A stretch of 62,989 nt of DNA, the filler included. It is 6 parts of 6 records of this genome, joined end to end, with 100 filler letters (N's around TTAATTAATTAA, not from the genome) between each part and the next. Parts side by side here need not be neighbours in the genome. Positions count along the whole stretch, not along the records: positions 7,135 to 16,966 come from DRR723986_1793; positions 17,067 to 30,704 come from DRR723986_1800; 4 more parts are not named here. One strand, given 5' to 3'. Below, in pieces: positions 9,197 to 19,709 of the stretch; position 1 is the first letter of the stretch, and every line of letters starts with the position of its first letter. The notes under the pieces are model-generated. The model was not told where the DNA came from and made no database searches. It saw only the letters and a program-made list of their open reading frames with translations. The position numbers were made by a program, and so were the translations under genes.

Positions 9197-9766
9197 TCAG
9201 CCCTCGTCGCGCAACGACTCAAGCAGGGCTTCGACCTCTGCCTGAGTGTAGCGAGGGGTTATGCGTTGCGGACAATTCCAGTCGAAGGCTTCGACGTGAA
9301 TGAGCATGCCCTTCTCTACTCTCGCGTCATAATGATCGTCCTGCAGATCGTCCAGAATCAACGGCTGGTCGGAACCCACAAGCGCCATCCGGCCGAGCAG
9401 TTTCAGCCTCCTACGGTTCGGATAGTCCATCAGGAACAGCGCCACGCGATCATTGTTCAGGACGTTTCCCGTTGTGACGTACTGACGGTTGCCCGAGTAA
9501 TCAGCAAACCCGATCGTCGACTGATCCATTACCTTCAAAAAACCGACTGGCCCACCTCGGTGCTGAATGTATGGCCAGCCTGTCTCACTAACGCTGGCGA
9601 TATAGAAGCTGTCACGCGCTTCGATGAACGAGCGTTCCCGCTCTCTCAACAGATGATTTCGGTCCGGGCCAGTCTCAATGGATGAGTAACCCGACCGGCT
9701 GCCCATTTCCTCCTGAACCTGCTTAACAGCCTGGGTAAAAGCGATTTCCGCAAATTTATGCGCCAT
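9197..9766 (-). CDS. Pyridoxamine 5'-phosphate oxidase-related FMN-binding protein
   Basis: GWPYIQHRGGP.GFL, FADYSGNRQY, FDWNCPQRITPRY; AGGAG RBS. Confidence 0.9.
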   Translation of the reverse strand: MAHKFAEIAFTQAVKQVQEEMGSRSGYSSIETGPDRNHLLRERERSFIEARDSFYIASVSETGWPYIQHRGGPVGFLKVMDQSTIGFADYSGNRQYVTTGNVLNNDRVALFLMDYPNRRRLKLLGRMALVGSDQPLILDDLQDDHYDARVEKGMLIHVEAFDWNCPQRITPRYTQAEVEALLESLRDEG

Positions 9767-9908
9767 GGTGGGCTCCTGAAGGTTGCTACAATCGTTGTTA
9801 AGGCTGTCTATCAGTAACCCCGCCGGCTCGGGTGTTACATCGCATCGCCATGATTGTTAAAAAGCCCTATCCCTTTCGCGGCACCACGACCCCAAAAAAC
9901 ATACTTGA

Positions 9909-10343
9909 CTATGTGTCAGAGCTAGCTGTAAGCGTCAGCTGGTAGGCTTCTCGCGCAATCTCCTCAACATCAAGACTCAGAGCGAGGTCGCTTGAGCCCA
10001 GGCTCGCCATCGGAACGAACGCCGCATCCAGTGCATCGTCGGCGGCTATCGGCTCACCCTCCTCCCAATAACAGAGAACGGCGATCAAGACGAAGTGGGA
10101 ACGAAGATGCCCTTCAGCCCCGACGTCGTAGGCATCCACAGCATTGAATACCTTACCGGCGGTCGCCCGAATGCCGGTCTCTTCGAACAACTCCCTGACA
10201 GCGGCGGCTTCGATAGTCTCTCCCAGTTCCATTTTTCCACCCGGAAACCCCCAGCGACCCGCGTCCGGCGGGTTAGCACGGCGCACCAGCAAAACCTCAT
10301 CGTTCCTGAAAAGCACCGCAATCGTCGCCACCACCGGGTGCAT
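9909..10343 (-). CDS. Nudix hydrolase
   Basis: Nudix box GGKMELGETIEAAAVRELFEETG; GGAG RBS before M at 10343 (alternative start 10385). Confidence 0.9.
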   Translation of the reverse strand: MHPVVATIAVLFRNDEVLLVRRANPPDAGRWGFPGGKMELGETIEAAAVRELFEETGIRATAGKVFNAVDAYDVGAEGHLRSHFVLIAVLCYWEEGEPIAADDALDAAFVPMASLGSSDLALSLDVEEIAREAYQLTLTASSDT

Positions 10344-10430
10344 ATATCGGTTACTCCGAAGCTCACTTTCGGTTGCCGCAGCCATAAAATGCCAATCTCG
10401 TCGTTGTTCGTCAGGTATACGGGGCAAACG

Positions 10431-10658
10431 TCAGCGCGGTACCTGTGAGCAGCTTGCACTTCGCTGATCAGAATGTTCGTGGGGTGCGCACTCCGTTTTC
10501 ATGCAACAAACGCGCGGCTGGCGGACCCGACAGCGCAACAAAACCCGGCGAAACACACGCCAGGCACCGCCAAACAGTTCGGCGAAAAATTCGGCACGTA
10601 GTCGGGCATTGTCACGTTCGATTTCACGGATTTTCGGATCCGGGTTATGGAAGGCCAT
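10431..10658 (-). CDS. Small hypothetical protein, RSP_7527-like
   Basis: GGGAGA RBS; IREIERDNARLRAEFFAELF amphipathic helix; Cys-rich tail. Confidence 0.55.
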   Translation of the reverse strand: MAFHNPDPKIREIERDNARLRAEFFAELFGGAWRVFRRVLLRCRVRQPRVCCMKTECAPHEHSDQRSASCSQVPR

Positions 10659-10718
10659 TGCATCTTCTCCCTGCTCTCTGAAAGCTTAGCAAAATCGAGG
10701 CAATGGTGGCGACAGCCA

Positions 10719-11024
10719 CTACAGCGACTGATGCAAAAGGTCGAGCTGGGAATCGCCCACCAGTGTTCGTTCGCGCTCAAAGATCAGCCAGGTTCGGACT
10801 CGGCTCTCTATCTGATTTCTGTTGCGACAAATCCAGGTATAGCGGCCGGCAGGATCAGAGACACATTCCATCTGTGCGCCGTGTTTGCGGGCAATCGCCA
10901 TGTGTCGCTTAAATGTCCGGTCAGGCATGTTGGCATAACGTCTTCGGATCTCATCTGAAGTCAGATCAGCGTTATCCAGCACAGTGGTAATGAGCTCAAG
11001 GGTGGTCTTGAAATCGCGGTACAT
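10719..11024 (-). CDS. Orphan winged helix-turn-helix-like protein (101 aa)
   Basis: LTSDEIRRRYANMPDRTFKRHMAIARKHGAQMECV resembles HTH_11-type ..RT..R....L...G..I; ATG at 11024 behind a purine-rich RBS. Confidence 0.7.
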   Translation of the reverse strand: MYRDFKTTLELITTVLDNADLTSDEIRRRYANMPDRTFKRHMAIARKHGAQMECVSDPAGRYTWICRNRNQIESRVRTWLIFERERTLVGDSQLDLLHQSL

Positions 11025-11042
11025 AGACTCTCTGGAGGCGTC

Positions 11043-11224
11043 ATGCCAACAAGTGGCACAAGCTTCTGCCGGTGCCAGTTTCTGGCGTAGCCGGGGCCGA
11101 GCGGTAAAATCGCAGCCTGGGCACGCCGAAGCGGGCGCCAATTATAGCGATGCCAGCTGCTGGCACAAGTGACGCGCCATGCCGGTAACTGGCACACCCT
11201 CTCGGGCATGCCAGCATTTGGCAT
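11043..11224. repeat. Array of five 17-bp palindromes RTGCCR-N5-TGGCRY with a 29-bp period
   Basis: Copies at 11043-11059, 11072-11088, 11150-11166, 11179-11195, 11208-11224. Confidence 0.9.
11141..11168 (-). promoter_or_regulatory. Putative sigma70 promoter for the wHTH gene
   Basis: Minus strand TTGTGC-N16-TATAAT; palindrome 3 overlaps the spacer and -35. Confidence 0.55.
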
Positions 11225-11265
11225 GTAGTGACGGCAAGAGATAGGATGCTCGCCGTGGCCAGACA

Positions 11266-12654
11266 CTACCTGGGCCCGAGGAAGGTTGATCGGGAGGTTA
11301 CAGGCGCACCCTTACTGTCCATTGAGATGACTTCAAACTGAATATTCACATCGGCACTGGAGAGATATTCGGGCGGATAGGTAACGGATACGGGAATCTC
11401 GGCTTTTTCCCCGGGCTCCAGCGCCAGACTGCCTGGCCCCTGATATTCGCCATGCTCAAGTCCTACTGCGTCAAGTATAAAAAACCTCGCCTCGCTGTCC
11501 TTGTTTCTTACTTTCAACAGATAGCTGTTTTCAATCTGACCGTCTGCAGTAAACCGGTACATCCCTCGATCCCGCTCTACATCAAGGGTCACCAGCGGCC
11601 GGGACGCGACGCCCCAGGAGAACAAGGCGATCGTCGAAACCAGCAGGAGGAAATAGCCGATCAGACGGGGTCGCAGCACACGGGTAAGGCCACCGGCCAG
11701 TTCCCGCTCGCTCGCATAGCGAACCAGTCCCCGGTCGTACCCCATCTTGTCCATGATGGAATCGCAGGCATCAATGCAGGCCGCGCAACCAATGCATTCC
11801 ATTTGCAGTCCGTCGCGAATGTCGATACCTGTCGGGCAGACCTGAACGCACAACTGGCAATCAATGCAGTCTCCGAGGCCGTCGTCCGGGGCGCGCTGCT
11901 CACCCTTTCGACGAGAACCCCGGGGCTCTCCCCTCGCCGCGTCATAGCTCACTACCATCGAATCGGCATCGACCATGGAAGATTGAAAGCGGCCATAAGG
12001 GCACATGTGAAAGCAGACCTTCTCCCTGAGCCAGCCCGCATTCAAATAGGTGGCTGCGGTAAAAAAGAAGACCCAGAACGCAGCCCAGCCAGACGCCTCC
12101 AGGCTCACCAAATCTCCAGTCAGGGCCCGGATCGGGGTGAAATATCCAACAAACGTAATCGCGGTAATCAGGCTGATTATGAGCCAGAGGCCATGTTTGC
12201 AGGCTCTTCGGGCTGCTTTATTTACACTTGGCCCGGCTCTGTCCAACTTGATTCTTCGGGAGCGATCGCCCTCGGCTAAGCGCTCTGCCCACAGGAATAC
12301 CCAGGTCCAGACACTTTGTGGGCAGGCATAGCCACACCACACACGGCCGGCCCACATCGTGATAAAGAAGAGTCCGAATGCGCATATCAGAAGAATTGCC
12401 GATAACAGAATGAGATCTTCTGGCCAGAACGTGGCTGAAAAGATATGGAACTCTTTCGCCGCCAGATCCCAAAGCACGGCCTGACGGTCATTCAAGTTCA
12501 GCCAGACGACCCCAAAATACAGGGCGAACAGTACAGCTCCTCCGCAGAGCCTCAAGCGTCGATAAAGGCCCGTAAAGGATCGTGGCTGTATTTTCTGGTT
12601 TCCTCTGGCGCCAGGCGCCTGGTCGAGCTGTTTTACGGAAATGAGCTGGGTCAC
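11266..12654 (-). CDS. ccoG: Cytochrome c oxidase accessory protein CcoG/FixG (4Fe-4S)
   Basis: GRVWCGYACPQ, CFHMCPYGRFQ, DCIDCQLCVQVCPTGIDIRDG, ECIGCAACIDAC. Confidence 0.95.
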   Translation of the reverse strand: MTQLISVKQLDQAPGARGNQKIQPRSFTGLYRRLRLCGGAVLFALYFGVVWLNLNDRQAVLWDLAAKEFHIFSATFWPEDLILLSAILLICAFGLFFITMWAGRVWCGYACPQSVWTWVFLWAERLAEGDRSRRIKLDRAGPSVNKAARRACKHGLWLIISLITAITFVGYFTPIRALTGDLVSLEASGWAAFWVFFFTAATYLNAGWLREKVCFHMCPYGRFQSSMVDADSMVVSYDAARGEPRGSRRKGEQRAPDDGLGDCIDCQLCVQVCPTGIDIRDGLQMECIGCAACIDACDSIMDKMGYDRGLVRYASERELAGGLTRVLRPRLIGYFLLLVSTIALFSWGVASRPLVTLDVERDRGMYRFTADGQIENSYLLKVRNKDSEARFFILDAVGLEHGEYQGPGSLALEPGEKAEIPVSVTYPPEYLSSADVNIQFEVISMDSKGAPVTSRSTFLGPR

Positions 12655-12770
12655 CGCTGCACCCCTTACCTGTCATCGGATGTGATCGAGTGGCGGCAGG
12701 ATAGAGGTATTGGTTTATTAGAGGCAGGACCACATTTTTTGAAATTGATAGGGACAGATGAGGGTTTGTG

Positions 12771-14171
12771 TCAGGCCATCAGACCGGGGAGCCGCATTAA
12801 TGCCTCAGCTCTGGCTCTCGTCCAGGGGTGCGCAAAACTGAGCCGTAAACAGTTTGAGAATTTCCCGGACATCGAAAATAGCTCACCTGGAGTGATCACG
12901 ACACCCTCGTCCAAGGCGCGGTTATACAGCTTTATGGTGTCAACATGCTCTGGCAATTCCAGCCACAGCGCCAACCCTCCTGCCGGAGAAGTTGCCCGAA
13001 TCGGGATGGGCCATGTACCCAGCAAATCGAGCAACTGGTCTCGTTGGCACTGCAGTTGCTGGCGGTATCGCCGCAGGTAGGCCGCATACCCGCCATCCGC
13101 GAAAAAATCTGCAACTCCGCGCTGAATGAACCGGCTACTGGCAAGCTGTGATGTAAGCTTCAGCCGAACGATGTCGTCGTGCCATCGCCCTCCGGATATC
13201 CAGCCCAAACGCAGGTCCCGGGAAAGCACTTTGGAAAGCGAGCTACAGTGGATGACCCTGTTCGGGTGGTCGACGGCTTTCAGTGTATCCGGCACGACCA
13301 GCCAGCCAGACTCGCCGTATATGTCGTCTTCTATGATCGCCAGATCATGGCGTTCTGCGAGCTCTATCAGATGTACTCGGGAATGCAGTGACATTGAAGC
13401 GCCAGTGGGGGTAGCAAACGACGGAGAGACCACGCAGGCTTTGATGTCCCAACGCTGCAATGTTTGCTCAAAAGCACCGACATCCAGTCCCGTTTCCGCC
13501 GATGCCGGAATCTCTACTACTTGAAGCCCCAGTTGCTCCAGCAACTGAAGAACGCCATAGAAACCGGGTGCTTCAACCGCAACGACATCACCCTTTTGGC
13601 ATACCGCCATCAGCGCAAGGAACAGTGACTGCTGGCAACCAGACGTGATGCAAAGCTCATCTGCTTCTGCCTGCCAACCACGTTTTGCCGCCCGCAGCGC
13701 TATCTGTTGCCGTAACGAAGGGTCTCCTGCCGGCTCATCATAGTATTGAAAGTCTCCGCGCTGGCGCCTCAATGCCCGGGAAATAGAGCGATTCAGCTGC
13801 ACGATGCCAGCAGGTACTTCATTCTTGTCGGAGCCCGGTAGCAGATCGAAAGCCGCACTTCGGCTCATAATGTCCTGAAAAACCTGACTGACGGATACGG
13901 GCTGAGGCGCTTCCAGCGTTACAGGATGACTTGGGCTCTCAAATCGGTTTGGCGCCATAGACACAAAAAAGCCACTGCGTTCACGAGCCTCGACCAACCC
14001 CTGCGCTTCCAGACGTTGCAGTGCGTGCTGAACGGTAATTTTGGCAAGGCTATGGTTCTGGCATAGCTTTCTTATTGAAGGTATGCGTTCGCCAGGCCGC
14101 CACCGCCCCGACAGTATGCCTTCGCGCAGAGATGCCTCGAGAACTTGGTATCTTGGTTTGCCTGATGCCAT
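12771..14171 (-). CDS. GntR/MocR family PLP-dependent transcriptional regulator
   Basis: N-terminal wHTH (PGERIPSIR), ITSGCQQ, IIEDDIYGE, SLSKVL. Confidence 0.92.
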   Translation of the reverse strand: MASGKPRYQVLEASLREGILSGRWRPGERIPSIRKLCQNHSLAKITVQHALQRLEAQGLVEARERSGFFVSMAPNRFESPSHPVTLEAPQPVSVSQVFQDIMSRSAAFDLLPGSDKNEVPAGIVQLNRSISRALRRQRGDFQYYDEPAGDPSLRQQIALRAAKRGWQAEADELCITSGCQQSLFLALMAVCQKGDVVAVEAPGFYGVLQLLEQLGLQVVEIPASAETGLDVGAFEQTLQRWDIKACVVSPSFATPTGASMSLHSRVHLIELAERHDLAIIEDDIYGESGWLVVPDTLKAVDHPNRVIHCSSLSKVLSRDLRLGWISGGRWHDDIVRLKLTSQLASSRFIQRGVADFFADGGYAAYLRRYRQQLQCQRDQLLDLLGTWPIPIRATSPAGGLALWLELPEHVDTIKLYNRALDEGVVITPGELFSMSGKFSNCLRLSFAHPWTRARAEALMRLPGLMA

Positions 14172-14205
14172 TACATGTGCAGCCCGCCGATATGCCGCTC
14201 CCCGG

Positions 14206-14667
14206 TTAGAACCATCGCCCAACACGTGAGGTGTAATGGGCGTAATCGTCCCCGAATAATGCCCGCATATGACGTTCCTCGGGTTTAATCTGGAAGCGAT
14301 TCATGTACAGCATGAACAGAGGCAGTAACAGCGCAGCAAATACACTGCCCAGATACAGGCTCCACGCAATAAGCATCAGCAGAAATCCGAGGTACATGGG
14401 ATTGCGGGTGTAACGGTAAATCCCGTCAACCACCAGGCTGGCAGACTGATGAGGCGTACGAGGGTCCACGGTGGTGCCTGCTGCACGAAATGCCAGAACG
14501 CCGGCCAGGGCAATACCTGCGCCAGCCAGGACCATGAGGGTACAAAGAATCAGCCTGCCCGGAACCGTAAAGTAGCCAGACGGCAACAGCCTCGAAATAG
14601 CCCACATGGCCGCCCCGAAAAGGATAACCAGAACAACGGGTGGAACCTTGAGTTCAAGTGCTTTCAC
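14206..14667 (-). CDS. Isoprenylcysteine carboxyl methyltransferase family membrane protein
   Basis: LELKVPP, GIYRYTRNPMYLG, FQIKPEE..FG..Y. Confidence 0.9.
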   Translation of the reverse strand: MKALELKVPPVVLVILFGAAMWAISRLLPSGYFTVPGRLILCTLMVLAGAGIALAGVLAFRAAGTTVDPRTPHQSASLVVDGIYRYTRNPMYLGFLLMLIAWSLYLGSVFAALLLPLFMLYMNRFQIKPEERHMRALFGDDYAHYTSRVGRWF

Positions 14668-14696
14668 TATTTGTGTTCGTCCCTGAGAACGCCTGG

Positions 14697-16160
14697 CTAC
14701 GCTGGTATCTCTGACTGGATGCCCAAGGCTGAGTTTACGGCGTCCCGAATCTCGCGATACCGCTCCGGATTGCTGATCAGTGTATCCAGATTGTCCTCAG
14801 GGAACATCTCTTTCAGCTTGGATCTGGCGGATTCTCCGGCAAATACCGCCGGGAACAATTGCTCCAGGGCACGCAGCATCACCTCAGGTGACACCGAAGC
14901 GCCAGGCGACGCCCCAAGTATTGTGCCGTAGGTTTTATCCTTCGACACGATAATCTCTGTGCCCATCTGCAGATCCCCATCCTTGATAATCTGAACCCGC
15001 TGGCCAGCCTCAACAGGCTTCCAGTCAAACCTGGAGCTCAGGCCCGGAGCGAATTTCTCCAGCGACTCCAGCATGCTTTTTTCACCTTTGAAGGTCTCAG
15101 AAACCAGGTATTTCACGAGAGGGAAATGCTCTATCGCGACGCTCAGCAACCCGGGGATATCGTGCAGGCGCATGGCCTTCAGATAATCAATGAATCCGCG
15201 CCCTTTTTCCAGAACGGGCTTGAATGAGGCAAATGGGCCGAACAGCAAATAATGCCTGCCATCAGACACCCGCAGGTCCAGATGCGGCACAGACATTGGA
15301 GGTGCGCCAACTTCCGCCTTGCCGTAGGTTTTTGCGCGGTATTGACGGGCCTGCTCTTCGGTAATTTCCGCCTGCAGAAAACGCCCGCCCACCGGAAAAC
15401 CAGTAAACCGCCGGGCAAACGGCAAATGACTTTTCTTGAGAATGGGGAAGGCACCCCCGCCCGCGCCAACAAACAGTATGTCGGCTCGATGCTGAACGGC
15501 AGCGCCCCGGGTTTGTGTTTCTACCAACCAGCTCCCCGCTGGGTTTCGGTGCACCCGCTTTACATGGACGCCATACTCGACTTTTACGCCCAACTGCTTC
15601 GTCGCGTATTCCGCCATCTGTTCAGTCAGGGCACCAAAATTCACATCGGTTCCCGTTTCCACAACGGTCGCTGCCATTTTTTCATTCCGGGGCCGGCCGT
15701 CCATGGTGTAGGGAATCCAGCTCTTGATCTCGTCAAACTCCTCGGAAAAGCGCATGCGCTCAAAAAAATGGTGAGCGGACATTTCCTTGAAGCGTAGCTT
15801 GAGTTCCTCGATGGACGGCTCGGAGACCAGAGTGCAATGGCGGGTCTGGTTGATGAAGCTAGTGGGCTCTTTTATCGCACCTTTTCGAACAAGGTAGGCC
15901 CAGAACTGCTTGGCAACGTTGAACTGGGCATGGATTTTCAAGGCTTTCTCCACCGAGATTACCTCGCCATCCACCGGCGTATAGTTAAGCTCGCAGTTGG
16001 CCTCGTGGCCTGTGCCGGCATTGTTGAAAGACCAGGAGTTGCCCGCGCCGGGGCTGTCCAGTCGCTCCAGAATGGTGATATCCAGTTCGGGCGCCAGCTC
16101 CTTCGCCAGGGTGGCAAAAGTGGTTCCCATTATTCCTGCGCCGATCACGATCACATTCAT
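14697..16160 (-). CDS. mqo: Malate:quinone oxidoreductase
   Basis: IGAGIMG, NNAGTGH..CELNYTP, GAPPMSVPHLD, AGQRVQIIK, LGASPGAS. Confidence 0.93.
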   Translation of the reverse strand: MNVIVIGAGIMGTTFATLAKELAPELDITILERLDSPGAGNSWSFNNAGTGHEANCELNYTPVDGEVISVEKALKIHAQFNVAKQFWAYLVRKGAIKEPTSFINQTRHCTLVSEPSIEELKLRFKEMSAHHFFERMRFSEEFDEIKSWIPYTMDGRPRNEKMAATVVETGTDVNFGALTEQMAEYATKQLGVKVEYGVHVKRVHRNPAGSWLVETQTRGAAVQHRADILFVGAGGGAFPILKKSHLPFARRFTGFPVGGRFLQAEITEEQARQYRAKTYGKAEVGAPPMSVPHLDLRVSDGRHYLLFGPFASFKPVLEKGRGFIDYLKAMRLHDIPGLLSVAIEHFPLVKYLVSETFKGEKSMLESLEKFAPGLSSRFDWKPVEAGQRVQIIKDGDLQMGTEIIVSKDKTYGTILGASPGASVSPEVMLRALEQLFPAVFAGESARSKLKEMFPEDNLDTLISNPERYREIRDAVNSALGIQSEIPA

Positions 16161-16305
16161 ATGCCTGCCCACCAGAGTCCGTTTAATGAAGCTATTCAAT
16201 AGAGTACCTGTGTTGACGTTAGCATGCTTGCGGCCAACACGGGAAATTCATCGGTGTGGCAAAGTTAAATAAAAATCCGCATTCTGGGTCTACCCGACGG
16301 ATGCA

Positions 16306-16323
16306 GTTTACGTTAAGGTAAAG
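16306..16323. promoter_or_regulatory. LiuR-type operator
   Basis: GTTTACGTTAAGGTAAAG closely matches sTTTACGTwwACGTAAAs; upstream of bkdA. Confidence 0.7.
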
Positions 16324-16435
16324 GCAAGCCTGGAATGATCCACACCAGATTTCCCCAGGTTGTCTACAATGACATTAACGACACGCCCACAAGGCGTGTT
16401 TTGTTTCCTCAGGCCAACACCCCAGGAAGAGGACT

Positions 16436-16966
16436 ATGACAACAACAAAATCGAAAGTTGTGTATTCCCCCTCGTTCACCGATGGTGCGGAATTCCGTAT
16501 TCCCACGTTCAAGCTCCTTAAGCAGGATGGCAAGCTCTATAAGAGCGCCAAAGCGCCGGATCTTGAAAAAGACAAAGCCCTTCGCATCTACCGGGCCATG
16601 GTCTCCACCCGGATTCTCGATGAGCGTATGCTTGCTGCCCAGCGCCAGGGGCGTCTAAGCTTCTACATGCAGTGTACCGGTGAAGAAGCCGCCGTGATCG
16701 GCAGCGCCGCCGCGCTGGATGATAACGACATGATCATGGCGCAGTACCGGGAGCAAGGCGCCCTCGCCTACCGCGGTTTTTCCATCGACGAATTCATGAA
16801 CCAGCTTTTCGGCAATGAGCTTGATTACGGTAAGGGCCGGCAAATGCCCGTGCACTACGGCTCGAAAAAGCTGAATTACATGACCATCTCTTCGCCCCTG
16901 GCCACCCAGATTCCCCAGGCCACCGGCTATGCCTATGGCCAGAAGCTGGCGGGAGACGGCCACTGC
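16436..16966 (+). CDS. bkdA1: Branched-chain 2-oxoacid dehydrogenase E1 alpha, 3'-truncated
   Basis: QRQGRLSFY, QYREQG, GKGRQMPVHYGS, ISSPLATQIPQA. Confidence 0.92.
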
Positions 16967-17066
16967 NNNNNNNNNNNNNNNNNNNNNNNNNNNNNNNNNN
17001 NNNNNNNNNNTTAATTAATTAANNNNNNNNNNNNNNNNNNNNNNNNNNNNNNNNNNNNNNNNNNNN
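16967..17066. other. Artificial contig spacer
   Basis: N run with TTAATTAATTAA. Confidence 0.98.
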
Positions 17067-18821
<1,755 letters not shown>

Positions 18822-18842
18822 GCCGATACCGACTGAACAGCT

Positions 18843-18870
18843 GCGGCGCTTCGGAAAACCGGAGCGCCGC
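18843..18870. terminator. Hairpin between convergent katG and rsmA
   Basis: GCGGCGCTTCGG-AAAA-CCGGAGCGCCGC. Confidence 0.7.
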
Positions 18871-18872
18871 TT

Positions 18873-19709
18873 CTATTTGACCAGAGATGCTGCCATCCGC
18901 CGGAATTCTTCCTGTGTCAGGGTCTCTGCGCGCGCTGTGGGATCAATACCGAGATCCTTCAGCCATTCATCCGATTTGAGGCCATGCTTCTTGGCGAACG
19001 GCTTGAGGGCCGCCCGCAGCATCTTCCGTCGCTGGCCGAATGCCGCACCGGCCACCTGTTCCAGCTTGTCGAGGTGCGGGAAGCGTTCACCTTCCGGCAG
19101 CGGCTCAAGGACGGCCACAGCACTGTCCACCTTTGGCGGCGGCTTGAAAGCGCCGGGTGGCAGGGTGAAGGCGATGTGCGGCTTGGTGACTGCATGGGCA
19201 AGCACGGCAAGGCGTCCATAATGCTCCGTTCCCGGATCGGCACAGATGCGCTGGGCAACTTCCTTCTGGAACATCAGCGCCATCTCACCGCGCCAGGTGC
19301 CGGCTTTCAGCCAATCGATGAGCAGGATGGTGCCGACATTATAGGGAAGGTTGGCGATAATCATCGCAGGCGTTTCTGCATCCAGTTCCTGCAAGACTTT
19401 TTCCCATTTTACCTTCCGGGCGTCCTTCTGGATGACGGTCAGGCGAGCGTCCTGTGTTTCCGGCCATTCCTGCAGGGCGGAAGCAAAACGTGGGTCTGTT
19501 TCGACGGCGATCAGCTTCGCTGCCCCTTCCTTCAGGATGGCGCGCGTCAGGCCGCCCGGACCAGGACCAACCTCGATCACTGTGCGTCCTTCAAGCGGGC
19601 CGGCCGCCGTAGCTGCCCGGTGCAGGATACTTGGATCGAACAGGAAGTGCTGGCCCAGCGCCTTGCGCGCCGGGGCCTGTGTCAGTTCAGGATCGTTCTG
19701 TTCGCTCAT
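18873..19709 (-). CDS. rsmA: 16S rRNA dimethyladenosine transferase
   Basis: LGQHFL, EVGPGPGGLT, ANLPYN, FKPPPKVDS, QRRKML. Confidence 0.95.
   Translation of the reverse strand: MSEQNDPELTQAPARKALGQHFLFDPSILHRAATAAGPLEGRTVIEVGPGPGGLTRAILKEGAAKLIAVETDPRFASALQEWPETQDARLTVIQKDARKVKWEKVLQELDAETPAMIIANLPYNVGTILLIDWLKAGTWRGEMALMFQKEVAQRICADPGTEHYGRLAVLAHAVTKPHIAFTLPPGAFKPPPKVDSAVAVLEPLPEGERFPHLDKLEQVAGAAFGQRRKMLRAALKPFAKKHGLKSDEWLKDLGIDPTARAETLTQEEFRRMAASLVK

Noticed and set aside
11123-11138. A sixth palindrome copy (ACGCCGAAGCGGGCGC), and a similar one near 11246-11260
   Set aside because: Both have 4-nt centres, mismatched arms and are out of phase, so they were not counted.
11054-11195. Sigma54 promoters, suggested by repeated TGGCAC
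   Set aside because: There is no TTGC at the correct -12 spacing; the TGGCAC hits are arms of the palindromes.
11043-11224. CRISPR array interpretation of the palindrome repeats
   Set aside because: The repeats are 17 bp with variable centres, the spacers are only 12 bp, and there are no cas genes in the contig.
12740-12760. FNR box upstream of ccoG
   Set aside because: Only a TTGAT half-site is present, with no ATCAA partner.
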